This document shows positions 27,084 through 41,514 of a DNA stretch of 64,000 nt, in pieces. Below the pieces are notes generated by a model. It ran no database searches and was not told where the DNA came from. It worked only from the letters and a program-made list of their open reading frames with translations. Every line of letters begins with the position of its first letter. Within the stretch, counting starts at the first letter, position 1. Location of the stretch: contig NC_086097.1 in the NCBI RefSeq assembly GCF_963921235.1, positions 5,146,001 through 5,210,000 of the forward strand. The letters run 5' to 3'. A program made the position numbers and the translations under genes. The stretch comes from Mobula hypostoma. Its lineage: Eukaryota.

Positions 27084-28310
27084 CCGACATTCCTCCTTAG
27101 AGCACCTGGAGAACAAAGACACATACAGAAGGCTCCTTTTCATTGACTACAGCTCTGCCTTTAATACCATCATTCCAAATAAACTGATTCCTAAGCTCCG
27201 GAACCTGGGCCTTAGCACTCAGATCTGCAGCTGGATCTTCAACTTCCTCACAGACAGGACCCAGGCTGCAAAAATAGAGGACAAGCTCTCCTCTACAATC
27301 ACTCTGAGCACCGGTGCCCCACAAGGCTGTGTACTCAGCCCCCTGCTGTACTCACTGTACACCCATGATTGTGTAGCTAAGTTTCCATCAAACTCAATAT
27401 ATAAGTTTGCTGATGACACAACAATTGTAGGCCGTATCTCGGGTAATGATGAGTTTGAGTACAGAGAGGAAATTAAGAACCTGGTGGCATGGTGCGAAGA
27501 CAATAACCTATCCCTCAACGTCAGCAAGACGAAGGAATTGGTTGTTGACTTCAGAAGGAGTAGCGGACCGCACGACCCAATTTACATCATTGGTGCGCAA
27601 GTGGAACAGGTCAAAAGCTTTAAGTTCCTCGGGGTCAATATCACAAATGATCTGACTTGGACCAACCAAGCAGAGTCCACTGCCAAGAAGGCCTACTAGC
27701 GCCTTTACTTCCTGAGAAAGCTAAAGAAATTTGGCCTGTCCCCTAAAACCCTCACTAATTTTTATAGATGCACTGTAGAAAGCATTCTTCTAGGGTGCAT
27801 CAAAACCTGGTATGGAAGTTGTCCTGTCCAAGACCGAAAGAAGCTGCAGGAGATCGTGAACACGGCGCAACACATCACACAAACCAATCTTCCGTCTTTG
27901 GTCTCACTTTACACCCCATGCTGTCGGAGCAGCGTTGCCAGAATAATCAAGGACACGACCACCCAGCCAACACACTTTTTGTCCCTCTTCCCTGCGGGAG
28001 AAGGCTCAGGAGCTTGAAGAGTCATATGGCCTGATTTGGAAACAGCTTCTTTCCAACTGTGATAAGACTGCTGAACAGATCCTGACACGGATCTGGGCCG
28101 TACCCTCCAAATATCCAGACTTGCCTCTTGGTTTTTTTGCACTACCTTACTTTCCATTTTCTATTTTCTATTTATGATTTATAATTTAAATTTTTAATAT
28201 TTACTATCGATTTGTACTCCAGGGAGCGGGAAGTGCAGAATCAAATATCACTGTGATGATTGTACATTCTTGTATCAATTGTTTGGCGACAATAACGTAT
28301 AAAGTATAAA
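27084..28310 (+). mobile_element. Rex1/Babar LINE inserted in the Gypsy integrase
   Basis: [38 protein letters not shown] at 27078-83 and 28311-16. Removal restores integrase [15 protein letters not shown]. Confidence 0.92.
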
Positions 28311-29695
28311 GAACTCACTGAACAGCTCACTGGTGAACGTCGGGCCATTATCAGTGACCAGTGTGTCAGGCAACCCGTGGACTGCAAACACTTGCCTGAG
28401 TTTATCTATGGTTGAGGGGGCTGTGATGTTGCTCATGATGTGAGCTTCGATCCATTTAGAATGCGCATCTACCATTACAAGAAACATCTACTCCATAAAA
28501 GGGCCAGCAAAGTCCAAATGTAGCCTCGACCAGGGGTGGTCTGGCCACTCCCATGGTGCAAAGGAGCTGGTGGTGGCATATTCTGATTAGTCTGACATTG
28601 TGTGCATAATTTTACCTTGTTCTCCAGATCCCGATCCATTCCTGGCCACCAAACGTAGTATCTTGCAAGGCTTTTCTTTCAAGACACCCCTGGATGAGTC
28701 TCATGAATTCCCTCCACAATCTGTGAATGGCCAGGGGGAGGCACGATCACCTTTGCCCCCCCAGAAAATGCAGCCATCCTGTAGACTCTGTTCTGTCTTG
28801 CGTTTGGCATAAGGCCTCAGTTCCTCTCCTTCCACGGCTCTGGGCCAACCTTGTAAAAGGAAAGTCTTGACTTGCGACAGGACTGGGTCCCTCTCTGTCC
28901 ACTGCTTGATCTGGTTTTCCTTTACAGGTGTCTCTGACAGCCTCTCCAATGAAAACACAGTCTCTGGAGGCACATATGTAGTAACAGGTGTCTCGGGTAA
29001 AGGTAGTCGACTCAGTGCATCAGCATTTGCATTATCCCCACCCGCTCTGTACACTATAGTGTACTGATAGGCTAACAATGCTGTATCCTGGCTGAGGTTA
29101 GCGGTGGGATGCATCTAGTCTCACTGAACAGGCTCATCAGTAGTTTATGGTCCATATAAATTGTAAATATGCGTCCATAAAGGTACTGATGAAAGCATTT
29201 GACCACAAAAACAATGGCCAGACCTTCTTTGTCTTGCTGTGAATATCCCTCCTTATCAGCTGTCAGGGTACGCGAAGCAAAACCAATAGGCCTCTCTAAG
29301 CGGTCCTCCATTACATGTGAGAGAACTGCACCGACTCCACAGGGCGAGGTATTGCGTGCAAGGGTGATCTCCTTGTCTGGGTCGTAGTGAACAAGCAGCT
29401 TCGCTGAGTGGAGGAGTTCTTTCACTTCCGTGTAAGCTTTCTCCTGCTCTTCACCCCACTGTCACTTAGTGTCATTGTGAAGCAGCTTATACAGTGGGAT
29501 CAAAACCCTTGAGAGGTCAGAAAGAAACTTGCCATAATAATTCATAATAAAAATTATGCAATTTATAACACCCTTCAATAAGAAAGTAGGAAGCTAATAT
29601 CAAATAAAATCAGCAATCATCATGCACATGATCACTATGCTAATATCCTGCCTCCTTACCCAGAATAAGAATCAGGTTTAATATCACTGGCATAT

Positions 29696-30318
29696 AAAGG
29701 CAGGAGGAGAGAGAGCAGCGCACCGAGCGTGCGCAGCCCTCCGGTGAAAAATGGTATTGTATCCGTTAAATAGGGGCCGTGGACAATAATGATTTGATGG
29801 AAACGGACGTGAAAGCACAAAGGAACACCTGGAGAAATTTCTGAAATGCTTGTTCGCTGCTGTCGTTACTGCACGGTCGGGAAATTTTCGGAGGGAAGGC
29901 ATCAAAATCCCCGGCTTTGCCTGCCGTTGGTGACCGAGATGGAGGTTGAATCGTTCAGATAGAGATGGCGCTCAGTACTTGGTGTCGGAGAGCTGATCAG
30001 AGCTCGAAGTTTTCGGATGACTCAGAGTCGGACCATGGTCGGGTATGGCAGGGAGAGATTTTCTTCCTTCTCCCATCTGCGTGAGATGTGGGATATTTGA
30101 GAGACTGTGAACTTTTACTGTGCTCATGGACTTCTTCATTGAGTTATGGTATTGTTGCACTGTTGTAACTATATGTTATAATTATGTGGTTTTGTTAGTT
30201 TTACCAGTCTTGGTCTGTCCTGTGTTTTGTGATATCACACTGGAGGAAATATTGTATCATTTTTTAATGCATGCATTACTAAATGACAATAAAAGAGGAC
30301 TGCGTGTCTTCATAATCT
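29696..30318 (+). mobile_element. CpG-rich non-autonomous retroposon with LINE-like tail
   Basis: GC-rich head, gacaataaa tail, atat on both flanks, no coding capacity. Confidence 0.45.
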
Positions 30319-30324
30319 ATATGT

Positions 30325-30585
30325 TGTGTCCTTCGTTTTCCTTTCCAGCCATTTACCTTTCCCATCCATATGGCTTCACCTATCAACTTCTAGCTATCCT
30401 CCTTCCCCTCCCCTCCCTTTTTTATTTTGCCACCTTCTCCCTTCTTTTCCAGTCCTGAAGAGGAGTCTCGGCCTGAAACCTCGACTGTTTATTCATTTTC
30501 ATAGATGCTGCCTGACCTGCTGAGTTCCTCCAGCATTTTGTGTGTGTTGTTCTGGATTTCTAGCATCTGCAGAATCACTTGTGTT
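30325..30585 (+). mobile_element. PLE-end fragment
   Basis: ccagtcctgaagaggagtctcggcctgaaacctcgactg...agatgctgcctgacctgctgagttcctccagc. Confidence 0.75.
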
Positions 30586-31223
30586 TAAAAAAGAAAAGCA
30601 TATTTCTAAAATACATAAAAAGAATCCTCAAGGATGCTATTGTGTAGCAAATAAATGTCTCCCATGTGGAGTTCAATGTAGAATATGGAATTATTCAAAG
30701 AAATGCCACTTAAATTGCAGTTAGGAGGATAAATGTAATTGTAGTTGCGACTCTTTTATTTTATTCTGCATTGTCACTATTGTCATTATGTCTAGTCCTA
30801 CTGTTCAAATAATAAATGGCAACTGAAAAGGATATTTTAATATTGTTAATCTAGTTTGTATTGACATAATCCTTTGTTATTTGGGTTACATTAAGAAGAC
30901 ATCTGCATGTGCTCTTTTCAGTTATGCAAACCCAGTGTATGGAGCTTGCAAGGTTCAATATTCTATTGATTTTAGCAGGAATTGAAGTGGCTGATTGAGA
31001 CAAAGTTTCTGTGTGAGTGGTGAAAATTCCTAGAATTTGATGAATTGGTGCTTGTTTTAATTCACAGCAGCGAGTTTAGACTGTTCCTTTGTCCTGAACC
31101 AGAATGCTGGAGTCCAGAAATTCACCATTTTTGGTTTGGGGCATTAAAGTGGTGTTTGCAATCTCTCTGATGTTACCATGGAAACCTTTAAGATTTCAAG
31201 CATTATCATTATTTGAAAAATTA

Positions 31224-32880
31224 ATCTATCCAGCAGGACATGCAAGATGCTCTCTTTTTTTCAGAAAACAAGGTTTCCCTTCCACCATTATTGATGCTGC
31301 CCTGGCCTGTAACTTCTCCCTTTCCTCCATTTCTCTCCTCACCCAACACAACAGGGATAGGGCTCCTCTCATCCACACCTCCCACTCTACAAACTCCAAC
31401 GTCCAAAACACCATTCTTCACAAATTCTACCATCTCCAGTGGAATCTCACCACCAGGCATATCTTTACCTTCCCTAACTTCCATTTTCCATAGGGATTGC
31501 TATCTCTGTCATTCCATTGTCCACTCGTTCCTCCTCACATATCTTCCTCCTGGTACTTATCCCTGCAACCATGCTAAGTGTTACACTTGCCCCTACACCT
31601 TACTCTCACCACCCTTCAGGGCCCTAAGTGGTCCTTCCAGGTGAGGCAGCACTTCACCTGTGAGACTGTCAAGGTCATTTACTGCAGCTTGGGGGTGTTG
31701 TGGATAGTGTGGAGGGCTGTCAGAGGTTGCAGTGGGACATTGATAGAATGCAAAACTGGGCTGAGAAGTGGCAGATGGAGTTCAACCCAGATAAGTGTGA
31801 GGTGGTTCATTTTGGTAGGTCAAATATGGTGGCAGAATATGGCATTAATGGTAAAACTCTTGGCAGTGTGGAGGATCAGAGGGATCTTGGGGTCCGAGTC
31901 CATAGGACACTCAAAGCTGTTACACAGGTTGACTCTGTGTTTAAGAAGGCATACGGTGCATCGGCCTTCATCAATCTTGGGACTGAGTTCAAAAGCCAAG
32001 AGGTAATGTTGCAGCTATATAGGACCCTGGTCAGACCCCCACTTAGAGTACTGTGCTCAATTCTGGTTGCCTCATTACAGGAAGGATGTGGAAACCATAG
32101 AAAGGGTGCAGAGGAGACTTACAAGGATGTTGCCTGGATTGGGGAGCATGCCTTATGAGAATAGGTTGAGTGAACTCAGCCTTTTCCCCTTGGAGAGGTG
32201 GAGGATGGGAGGTGATGTGCTAGAGGTGTATGAGATGATGAGAGACATTGATCATGTGGATAGTCAGAGGCTTTTCCCCAGAGCTGAAATTGCTAGCATC
32301 AGAGGGCATAGTTTTAAGGTGCTTCGAAGTAGGTACAGAGGAGATGTCAGGGGTAAGTTTTTTACGCAGAGAGTGGTGAGTGTGTGGAATGGGCTGCCAG
32401 CGACGGTGGTGGAGGCAGATACGATAGGATCTTTTAAGAGACTCCTGGATGGCTACATGGAGCTTAGAAAAATAGAGGGCTATGGGTAAAGCCTAGGTAG
32501 TTCTAAGGTAGGGACACGTTTGGCACAGCTTTGTGGGCTGAAGGGCCTGTATTGTGCTGTATGCTTTCTTTGTCTTTCTAATGTTTCTATCCAGTGTTCC
32601 CAGTATTGCCTCTGCAACATTGTGGAGACCCATCTCAGATTTAGGGACCATTTTGTTGAGCAGCTTTGTTCCGCTTGCTGCTGCAGCCAGGATCTCCCAG
32701 TATGTACCACTTCTTTTCCTTTTCCATTCCCACACTCGTATGTCTGTCCACAGCCTCCTCATCTGCCGCAATGAGGAAAAATGCAGGTTGGAGCGGCAAT
32801 GACTCATATTCCATCTTGGCAATCCTCAACCTGATGGGATGAATATTGATTTCTGTAACTCCTGGTAACTGCTCCCTTCT
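31224..32880 (+). mobile_element. PLE fragment interrupted by CR1
   Basis: PLE homology 31224-31688 ends at VIYC and resumes at ~32589 (IQCS..VET...LGNPQPDGMNIDF). Confidence 0.8.
31689..32580 (+). mobile_element. CR1 3' fragment
   Basis: WAEKWQMEFNPDKCEVVHFG and FFTQRVVSVWNGLP. Confidence 0.9.
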
Positions 32881-32904
32881 GTTCCGAATTCTACCCCCCC
32901 CACC

Positions 32905-32921
32905 CACACACACACACACAG

Positions 32922-32955
<34 letters not shown>

Positions 32956-32968
32956 ACACACAAACACA

Positions 32969-33005
<37 letters not shown>

Positions 33006-33297
33006 ACATACACACACACACACATACACACACACACACAAACACACATACACACACACACATACACACACACAAACACACACTCACACACACACACACA
33101 CATACACACATACACACACACACATACACACACACATACACACATACACACACACATACACACACACACACACACACATACACACACACACATACATACA
33201 CACACACACATACACACATACACACACATACATACACACACACACACACATACACACATACACACACACACACACACACACATACACACATACACAC

Positions 33298-33382
<85 letters not shown>
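32905..33382. repeat. Long (CA)n microsatellite with TA/AA interruptions
   Basis: Seen directly; ~480 bp. Confidence 0.98.
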
Positions 33383-33386
<4 letters not shown>

Positions 33387-33599
33387 TGTTTCCTTTCATT
33401 CCAGTGGCCGAGCTTGTTAGGATGTTGTTAGGTTTGGTCTGAATCTTGCCCAAGCACCTGCACTGAAGCTTAAAGCTGGTAACAGTTCTTGATGTAAAAA
33501 TCAAAGCTTTCACATTGTGATATTTGAGAGCATTTTGATTTCTGAACTGGAGCAATGAATGACACTGTGTTATTATCTGGTGTGCATCATACTTTCTGA

Positions 33600-34245
33600 G
33601 GAGGTTGAAGAGAGCTGGACTCTGTACATCTATACTCATGTCATTCTACAGAGAGCATCCTAGCAAATTGCATCACTGCATGGGACAGAAGATGCAATGT
33701 AGTGGACAGGAAGACTCTACAACGTGTAGTCAAAACTGCCCAACACATAATCATCAACAACAACCTACTCACTGCTAAGGACATATATAGAGAAAGGTGC
33801 TGAAAAATGGCCAGGAACATCATAAAGGATCCCACACACCCCGCTCATGGACTGTTTGTCCCACTCCCATCAGGGAGGAGGCTACGTAGCATCCACACCA
33901 GGACAACCAGACTCAAAACTAGTTCCTGCTCCAAAGCAGTAACTCTGATCAACACGTCCACCCACTAACCCACACCTCCACACCCCACAACAACCACTAC
34001 TTTATCACTTCCTGTCAGAGTCACCTTATGTACAGACACCCCTGTGCCTAGTGTCACTGTATGAACATACAATCAACCTATGTATTTAAGCTATCTTACG
34101 TACTTATATTTATTGTGTTTTTCTTTTATTATTATGATTGCATTCTTTTGTATTATTTTGTGCTGCATCAGATCCGGAGTAACAATTATTTTGTTCTCCT
34201 TTCCCCTTGTGTACTGAAAATAACATTATACAGTTTTGAATCTTG
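33600..34245 (+). mobile_element. Rex1-type LINE 3' fragment
   Basis: ESILANCITAW..LQRVVKTAQHI..IIKDPTHPAHGLFVPLPSGRR. Tail shared with 18100-18380. Confidence 0.75.
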
Positions 34246-34589
34246 AAGAGGCAGCCAGGTAAGATTTTAAGGCTATCTTCCTGAGAGTAGGATGACCCTG
34301 ATTTTGATGATAAAAGCGGTGCAATCTGTGCGAAAATGTACTTGAGGTTTTCAAGGTTGCAAACGTGAGAGAGGGCTACCTTTTGGAACGATGCCCTGTA
34401 CGGTAGTTTCTCCTGCAGAGTGTATTGAGGGTGTATTCCTGGTGGACAAGGTGTCGGGAGCCATCTCCTTAATCAGGTGTCCTTCTTCTTGTTCCTTACT
34501 TGTTTTCGATGTGCACCGATAGGGAAGCAATGATGTTTTGCTGGATTTTAAAACTCAAAAATTCAAAGTTAATTTATTATGAAAGTACA

Positions 34590-37500
34590 GCACTTAACAC
34601 AATCACTCCTATTGACATGATTGAGAAGCTCCATAACGTGGGCTTCTGTACCACCCTCTGCAACTAGATCCTCAACTTCTTAACTGGAAGACCACAATCT
34701 GAGTGGATTGCAAACAGCGTCTCCACTCACTGACAATCAACACTGGCGCACCACAGGGATGTGTGTGTGTAGCTCATTAATCTACTCTTTCTATACCCAT
34801 GAGTGTGTGGCAAGGCACAGCTACGGCACCATTTATAAATTTACCGATGTTACAACCATTGTTAGCAGAATTTGCCGGTGGTGACAGGTGTGTGTACTGT
34901 AGCAAGATATGGTGATGCAGAAGGGAAAAAGGGAGAAGATGGGAACGGTAGTGATAGGGGACTCAATAGTCAGCAGAACAGACAGGAGGTTCTGTGGATG
35001 TGAACAGGACACCCGAATGGTATGTTGCCTCCCAGGTAACAGGGTCGGGAACATCTCAGATTGCGTTTCTGATTACAGAGAGGGGGAGTAGTCAGATGTC
35101 TTGGTACATATTGGTGCCAGTGACATAGAAAAAAAGAAATGGAAAGAGGTCCTGAAGAGAGAATTTAGAGAGCTAGGTAGAAAGCTGAGAAGCAGGACCT
35201 CCAGGGTAGTAATTTCTGGATTGCTGCCTGTGCCACACTCCAGTGAGAGTAGATGTAGAACGGTTTGGCAGATTAATGCAGGGGGCAGGGGTTCAGGTTC
35301 TTGGATAACTGGGATCTCTTCTGGGGGAGGTATGACCTGTTCAAAAGTGACAGGTTGCACCTGAACCCGAGGGGAACCAATATTCTAGTGGGCAGGTTTG
35401 TTAGAACTGTTAGAGAGGGTTTAAATTAATTTGGCAGAAGGGTGGGAACAGGAGTGAAGAGACTCAAAATAGGACTGATGGTCAAAAAGCAAAAATATTG
35501 TGCAGTCAGACTGTCAGGAAGGGCAGGCAAAATTGCGGCCAGTAGGATGAGTATCAGTGCATTAGGGATGCAGAATCAAAAAGGGTAACAAATGAAGTAT
35601 TCAAAATGTTATATCTCAATGCATGGAGTATAAAAAATAAGGTGGATGATCGATTGTCAGATATGATGTCGTGGCCATTACTGAATGTGGGTTGAAGGAT
35701 GGTTGCAGTTGGGAGCTGAATGTCCAAGGTTTCATGTTGCATCAGAGGGATAGGAAGATAGGCAGAGGGGTTAGCCTGGCTCTGCTGGTAAATAATCCCA
35801 TCAAATCAATAGACAGATGTGACATAGATTGGAAAATGTGGAATCCTTGTGGGTTGAGTTAAGAAACTGAAAGGGTAAAAGGACCCTGATGGCAGTTATA
35901 TACAGGCCTCCCAACAGTAGCTGGGATGTGGACCACAGATTACAACAGGAAATAGAAAATGTATCTCAAAAGGGCAATGTCATGATAGTCATGGGAATTT
36001 CAACGTGCAGTTCGATTGGGAAAATTTAGTTGGTAATGGACCTCAAGAAAGTGAGTTTGTTGGATGCCTATGAGACGGCTTTTTAGAACAGTTTGTCATT
36101 GAGCCTACTAGGGGATCAGCTATACTGGACTGGGTGTTATGTAATGAACTGGGGGTGATTATGGAGTGTAAGGTAAAAGAACCCTTGGGAGACAGTGATT
36201 TTAATGTGATTGAGTCCAGCTTGAAATATGACAGGGAGAAAGTAAAGTCTGACATTGCAGTATTTCAGTGGAGTAAAGGAAATTACAGTGGTATTAGAGA
36301 GGAGTTGGCCTAAGTAAATCGGAAGGAGATGCTGGCAGAGATGACAGCAGAGCAGCAATGCCGCGAGTTTTGTGAAAAATGAGGAAGGTGCAGGACATGT
36401 GTATTCCAAAAATGAAGAAATACTCAAATGCTGAAACAGTACCACTGTGGACAGGGGAAGTCAAAGCTAATATAAAAGCAAAAGAGAGGGCATACAACAA
36501 AGCAAAAATTAGAGGAAAGACAGAGGATTGGGAAGCTTTTAAAAACCTACAGAGAGCAAATAAGAGTCATTAAGAGGGAAGAGATGAAATACAAAAGCAA
36601 GCTAGCAAACAATATCAAAGTGGATAGTAAAAGCTTTTTCAAGTATGTAAGAAATAAAAGAGGGATGAGAATGGATTTAGGACCACCAGAAAATGAGGCT
36701 AGAGATATAATAATTGGGGACAAGGAGATGGTAAATGAACTAAATGAATATTTTGCATCAGTCTTCACTGTGGAAGATACCAGCAGTGTGCCAGATGTTG
36801 AAGGGTGTCAGGGAAAAGAAGTGAGTGCAGTTACTATTACAAGAGAGCTGAAAGACCTAAGGAAACATAAGTCACCCGAACTAGATGAACTGCACCCTAG
36901 GGTTCTGAATGGAAAATTTCAAATGTCACTCCACTCTTTAAGAAGGGAGGAAGACAGCAGAAAGGAAATTATAGACCAGTTAGCCTGACTTCAGTAGTTG
37001 GGAAGATGTTGGAGTCAATTGTTAAGGATGAAGTTATAGAGTACTAAGTGACCCAGGACAAGATAGAACAACACCAGCATGGTTTCTTTAAGGGAAAATC
37101 TTGCCTGACGAACCTGGTGGAATTCTTTGAGGAGATTACAAGTAGGATATATAGAGGAGGTTTAGTGGATGTTGTATATTTGGATTTTCAGAAGGCCTTT
37201 GACAAGGTGCCACACACATGAGGCTGCTGATTAAGTTAAGAGCCCATGGAATTACAGGAAAGTTACTGGCATGGTTAGAGCATTGGCTGATTGATAGGTG
37301 GCAGTGAATGGGAATAAAAGGATCCTTTTCTGACTGGCAGTCAGTGGGTAATGGTGTTCTGCAGGGGTTGGTGTTGGGACTGCTTCTTTTTATGCTGTAT
37401 ATCAATGATTTAGATGTTGGAATAAATGTTTTTGATGCCAAGTTTGCAGATGATATGAAGATTGATTGAGGGCCAGCTAGTGTTAAGGAAACGTGTATGC

Positions 37501-38690
37501 TGCAGAAGAACTTACACAGATTAGGAGAATGGGCAAGAGAGTGGCAAATGGAATACCATGTTGGAAAATGCATGGTCATGCACTTTGGTAGTAGAAATAA
37601 TTATGCAAACTATTTTCTAAATGGGGAGAAAATGGAATTGGGAGTTCTTGTGCAGAACACCTAAAGGTTAACTTGCAGGTTGAGTCGGTGGTGAGGAAGG
37701 CAAATGCAATGTTAGTATTCATTTTAAGAGGTCTAGAATACAAGAGCAGGGATGTGATGCTGAGGCTTTATAAGGCACTGGTGAGGCCTCATCCTGAGTA
37801 TTGTGAACAGTTTTTGGCTCCTCATCTCGGAAAAGATGTGCTCGTATTGGAGAGGGTCCAGTGGAGGTTCACAATGATTATTTTGGGAATGAAAGAGTTA
37901 TCACACGAGGAATGTTTTATTGCTCTAAGTCTGTACTTGCTGGAATTTAGAAGGATGTGGGGCAATCTCATTGAAACCTTTTGAATGTTGAAAGGCCTAG
38001 ACAGAGTAGATATGGAAAGGATGTTTTCCATGGTGGGGGAGTCTAGGACAAGAGGGCACAGCCTCAGGATGGAGGAGTGTTCTTTTTAAAACAGAGATGT
38101 GGAGACATTTCTTTAGCCAGAGGGTGGTGAGTTGGTAGAATTAATTACCACAGGCAGCTTTCGAGTCCGGGTCATTGGGTGTATTAAGGCAGACATTGAT
38201 AGGGTCTTGATTGGACATGGCATCAAAGTCTGCAATGAGAAGGCTGGGGAGTGGGGCTGAGAAGGGAAAGAAGGATCAGCCAAGATGGAGTAACAGAACA
38301 AACTCGATGGGTCGAGTGGCCTAATTCTGCTCCATTGTCTTATGGTCTTATGGTTTTATGATATACCAGCTAGTTGAGTGGTGTTGCAGCAGCAACCTTG
38401 CACTCAGTGTCAGTAAGACCAGAGCTGATTGTGGACTTCAGAGAGGGTAAGAGGAGGGAACACAAAGCGTCCTCATAGAGGGATCAGACTGGAGAGAGCA
38501 AGCAATTTCAGGTTCCTGGGTGTCAGTATCTATGAGGACCTAACTTGGTCCCAACAAATTGATGCAGCTACAAAAAAAAAGCATGACAGCAGCTATATTT
38601 CATTAGGAGATTGAGAAGTTTTAGTATGTCCCAAAACCACTTGAAAATTTCTACAGATATGCTGTGGGGAGCATTCTAACTGCCTGCACA
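34590..38690 (+). mobile_element. Rex1-type RT remnant split by the CR1 at 34911-38359
   Basis: RT motifs at 34590-34910 (KFTDVTTIV) continue at 38360 (QLVEWCCSSNLALSVSKT). Confidence 0.7.
34911..38359 (+). mobile_element. Near full-length decayed CR1 LINE (ORF1 SGNH-esterase remnant + ORF2 APE/RT)
   Basis: VVIGDSIV..VCCLPG..VHIGASD (ORF1 esterase). YLNA.SI.NK, YRPP, LGDSD (APE). DFQKAFDKV and KFADD (RT). (CTTATGGT)-like tail. GATAT at 34906-10 and 38360-64. Confidence 0.9.
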
Positions 38691-41514
38691 TATATATAAT
38701 AGTTAAATAAGTACTACAAAAATTACTACCGGGGAGAAGACAGGAGATTGGGGCTGAGAGGGTAATTGGATCAACCATGATGATATGCCATAGCAGACTC
38801 GATGGGCTAAATGGCCTAATTCTGCTCCTATATCTTCTGGCCAATGGTCTTGTGGTCTAATACACAGAATAAAATGGAAAATGCTAAAAATATTCAACAG
38901 ATCAGACAATACCTATCGGAAGAAGAAGAGAGATTTATCTTCATTTCAAGGCTCTTTCATAAGTGAAACTTGGAACAACTATTATTGGTAACAAGACTTA
39001 AAACTGCAACATTCACTTGACAACTCATCAGTGGTATCACATTGCGACAGGTTAAAGGTGAATACCCATGCTGCTGTAAAAGTATTGAACATTCCCTGAA
39101 TATATTTTTAATTTTTTATTGTGATACAGTATGGAGTAGGCCCTTCCAGCCCTTTGAGCTATGACATCCAGCAATCACTCAACTTATTGGTAGCCTAATC
39201 ACGGGACAATTTACAATGGCCAATTAACCTACCAACTGGTATGCCTTTGGACTGTGGGAGGAAATCGGTGCGGTCACGGGGAGAACGTACAAACTCGTTA
39301 CAGGCAGCGGTGGGAAATGAACCTGAGTAGCCTGTACTGTAAAGCATTGTGCTAAGCACTAACTACAGCACCATCTCACCCCTAATAGTGGACCCTAATT
39401 CATGGTTCTATGAACATAGTGTCAAGTCAAATCTACTGTGATATGCACAATATGGCACGGTACGATGGAATGAAAAACATGCTTGTAGCAGCAGCACAGG
39501 CATGTAGGTTCAGATAACTACTGTCAAGACTCTTGGCAGGGTACTCAACACAGTTTTCAAATGTACAGCATGAAGTTGCTTGCTGAAGGCTGACAAGAAT
39601 CTTTTAAGTCAGGTCGTTCATGCACAGCTGGAGTCCCAGCACTGCTGTACGCTGCCTTTCTTCTGGAGTGTGTGGGTGGAGCCTCACTGGTTGTCAAAGT
39701 CACTCTAAGAAAGTGGCCCATCGCTTGAATCGACACTGCTTCTGGCTGGGATGGGTGATTGCACTGGGTCGGGTCAGGAAGATCCACGGCACTGTCATCC
39801 GCTTTGATCATTCTGAGAAACAGTGGGAACTCATGTGCAGGGGAGAGGCAACATGAACTTTCAATGTGACAGGTAACGCAGAGCTCTGAAAGCAGTGAGT
39901 GATATGGCTTCAAGCCGTGTTAAAGACAAGTTCTCAATAAAATTGCAACCTGCTACTTTAATTTCTGTTTACCTGGGGAAATGATAACCTGTAGATGGCA
40001 GCAATACACTGAATACTGTCATCAGGACAGGGAAATAAGAGTCTCAGAGAATACAGGGGAGCTGGGCTCATTATTACCTTGTACACCATCAGTTTTATGC
40101 CTAGTTTTCAGTCACAGAGCACAGAACCAAACTATTCAACCCAACACGTTCATGCAGATTTTCATGTACTCATCCACAGTAACCAGACAGGAAAACCCAT
40201 GAACCTCACGTGTGGGCAGGCTTATCCGACAGGAACATAGAACAGTATAGTACAGTACAGGAACAGGCCCCTCCATCTACATGTAGTACTGAACCAATTA
40301 GTACTTAGATGGCCAACTAAACCAATCCCTTCTGTCTACACAATGTCCATATCCTTACATTTTCCTCACATTCATGTGCCTATCTAACTGTCCGTTAAAG
40401 GACTCTAATAAAGCTAAAGAAGTTCAGTTCTGAGTGCTACTTGCTTACTTTTTATTGTTTACATGATTTCCTTTCTCTCTACGCATTAGGAGATTGATTG
40501 CCTTTTTTCATAATGGGTTCTATTGGGTTTCTTTTGTTGTAGCTGCCTGTAAGGAGATGAATCTTAAGACATACTTTGATAATAAATGTGCTTTGAACTT
40601 TGAGCTTAATGTATCTGCCTCTACCACCACTCCAGACAACAAATTCCAGTCACACACCACCCTCTGTGTAAAAAAAACTTGCCCCTCACATCTTCCTTGA
40701 CATTACCCCCTCTCACCTTAGATGCATGCTCTCTGGCATTAGCAATACTTGTTAATAGTGAAGATTTCAGGCTCCACTCACTCACTCACTCAGGCAGGGC
40801 ATTCCAGTTTCATCCATACTCCGAGTGAAATAAATATTCCTCACCTCCTTTCTAACCCTCCTACCTTACCTTAAACATATTGTATGTCCTCCAGTTTGAG
40901 ACAGAGCTGCAACGAGGAAACATTTCTTGCAATCTACTCCATCTATGTGCCCAATTATTTTGTATAATTCAGTTAGGGTGCCTGTCCCCTTCCCCTTCAT
41001 TCCATTCTCTTGCACCAGCTAAAACAAATCCTTATTATCCAGTCTTTCCTCATTTCTGAAACATGCTATCCCAGGCAAAATTGTGGTGAATGGCTTCTCA
41101 TTTCATTTTCGTTACTTTAATTTCAGAGGATGTATATATTATACAACCTGAAATTTGTATTCTTCACAGACATCCAGAAAACAATCCCATAGAAAGGATG
41201 ATAGAACATTGAAGCCCGAAGCCCCCCCTGCCCCACCCTCTGCACCAGCAGCAGCAAAAGTATCAACCCCACCTCCCCGCTACTCATGCCAGCAAAAGCA
41301 CTGATGCCCTCCCTCACTGAGCAAGCAACAGCAAAAGGCCCCCAGAGACCTTACAGAGTCTAGCAAAACTACAGTCCATAACCCAGCATCTCATCCAGTG
41401 CAATTACATTCTTGAGGTCTGCTGACCAAACCTTTACGCAATACTCCATCGGGACATAACTGATGTTCTACTATAAATTCCCTACCCTTGTAGTCATACT
41501 TTATACTTTATTGA

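Larger units (their letters stand above)
24803..29545 (-). mobile_element. Gypsy LTR retrotransposon 3' part (RNase H, integrase, PPT, 3' LTR) with nested insertions
   Basis: RNase H LLVHYDPDKE..GVGAVLSH..RPIGFASRTL..DHK. NANADALSRLP. Integrase VDAHSKW..TDNGPTFTS..HPASNGLAERAVQT. C-terminus RRSQCTRKPPDRLNL*. PPT at 26386-26400. LTR 26385-26285 plus ~24940-24803. Confidence 0.9.

Noticed and set aside
32641..33639. Long VC/HT-repeat ORFs
   Set aside because: Translation artefacts of the (CA)n microsatellite.
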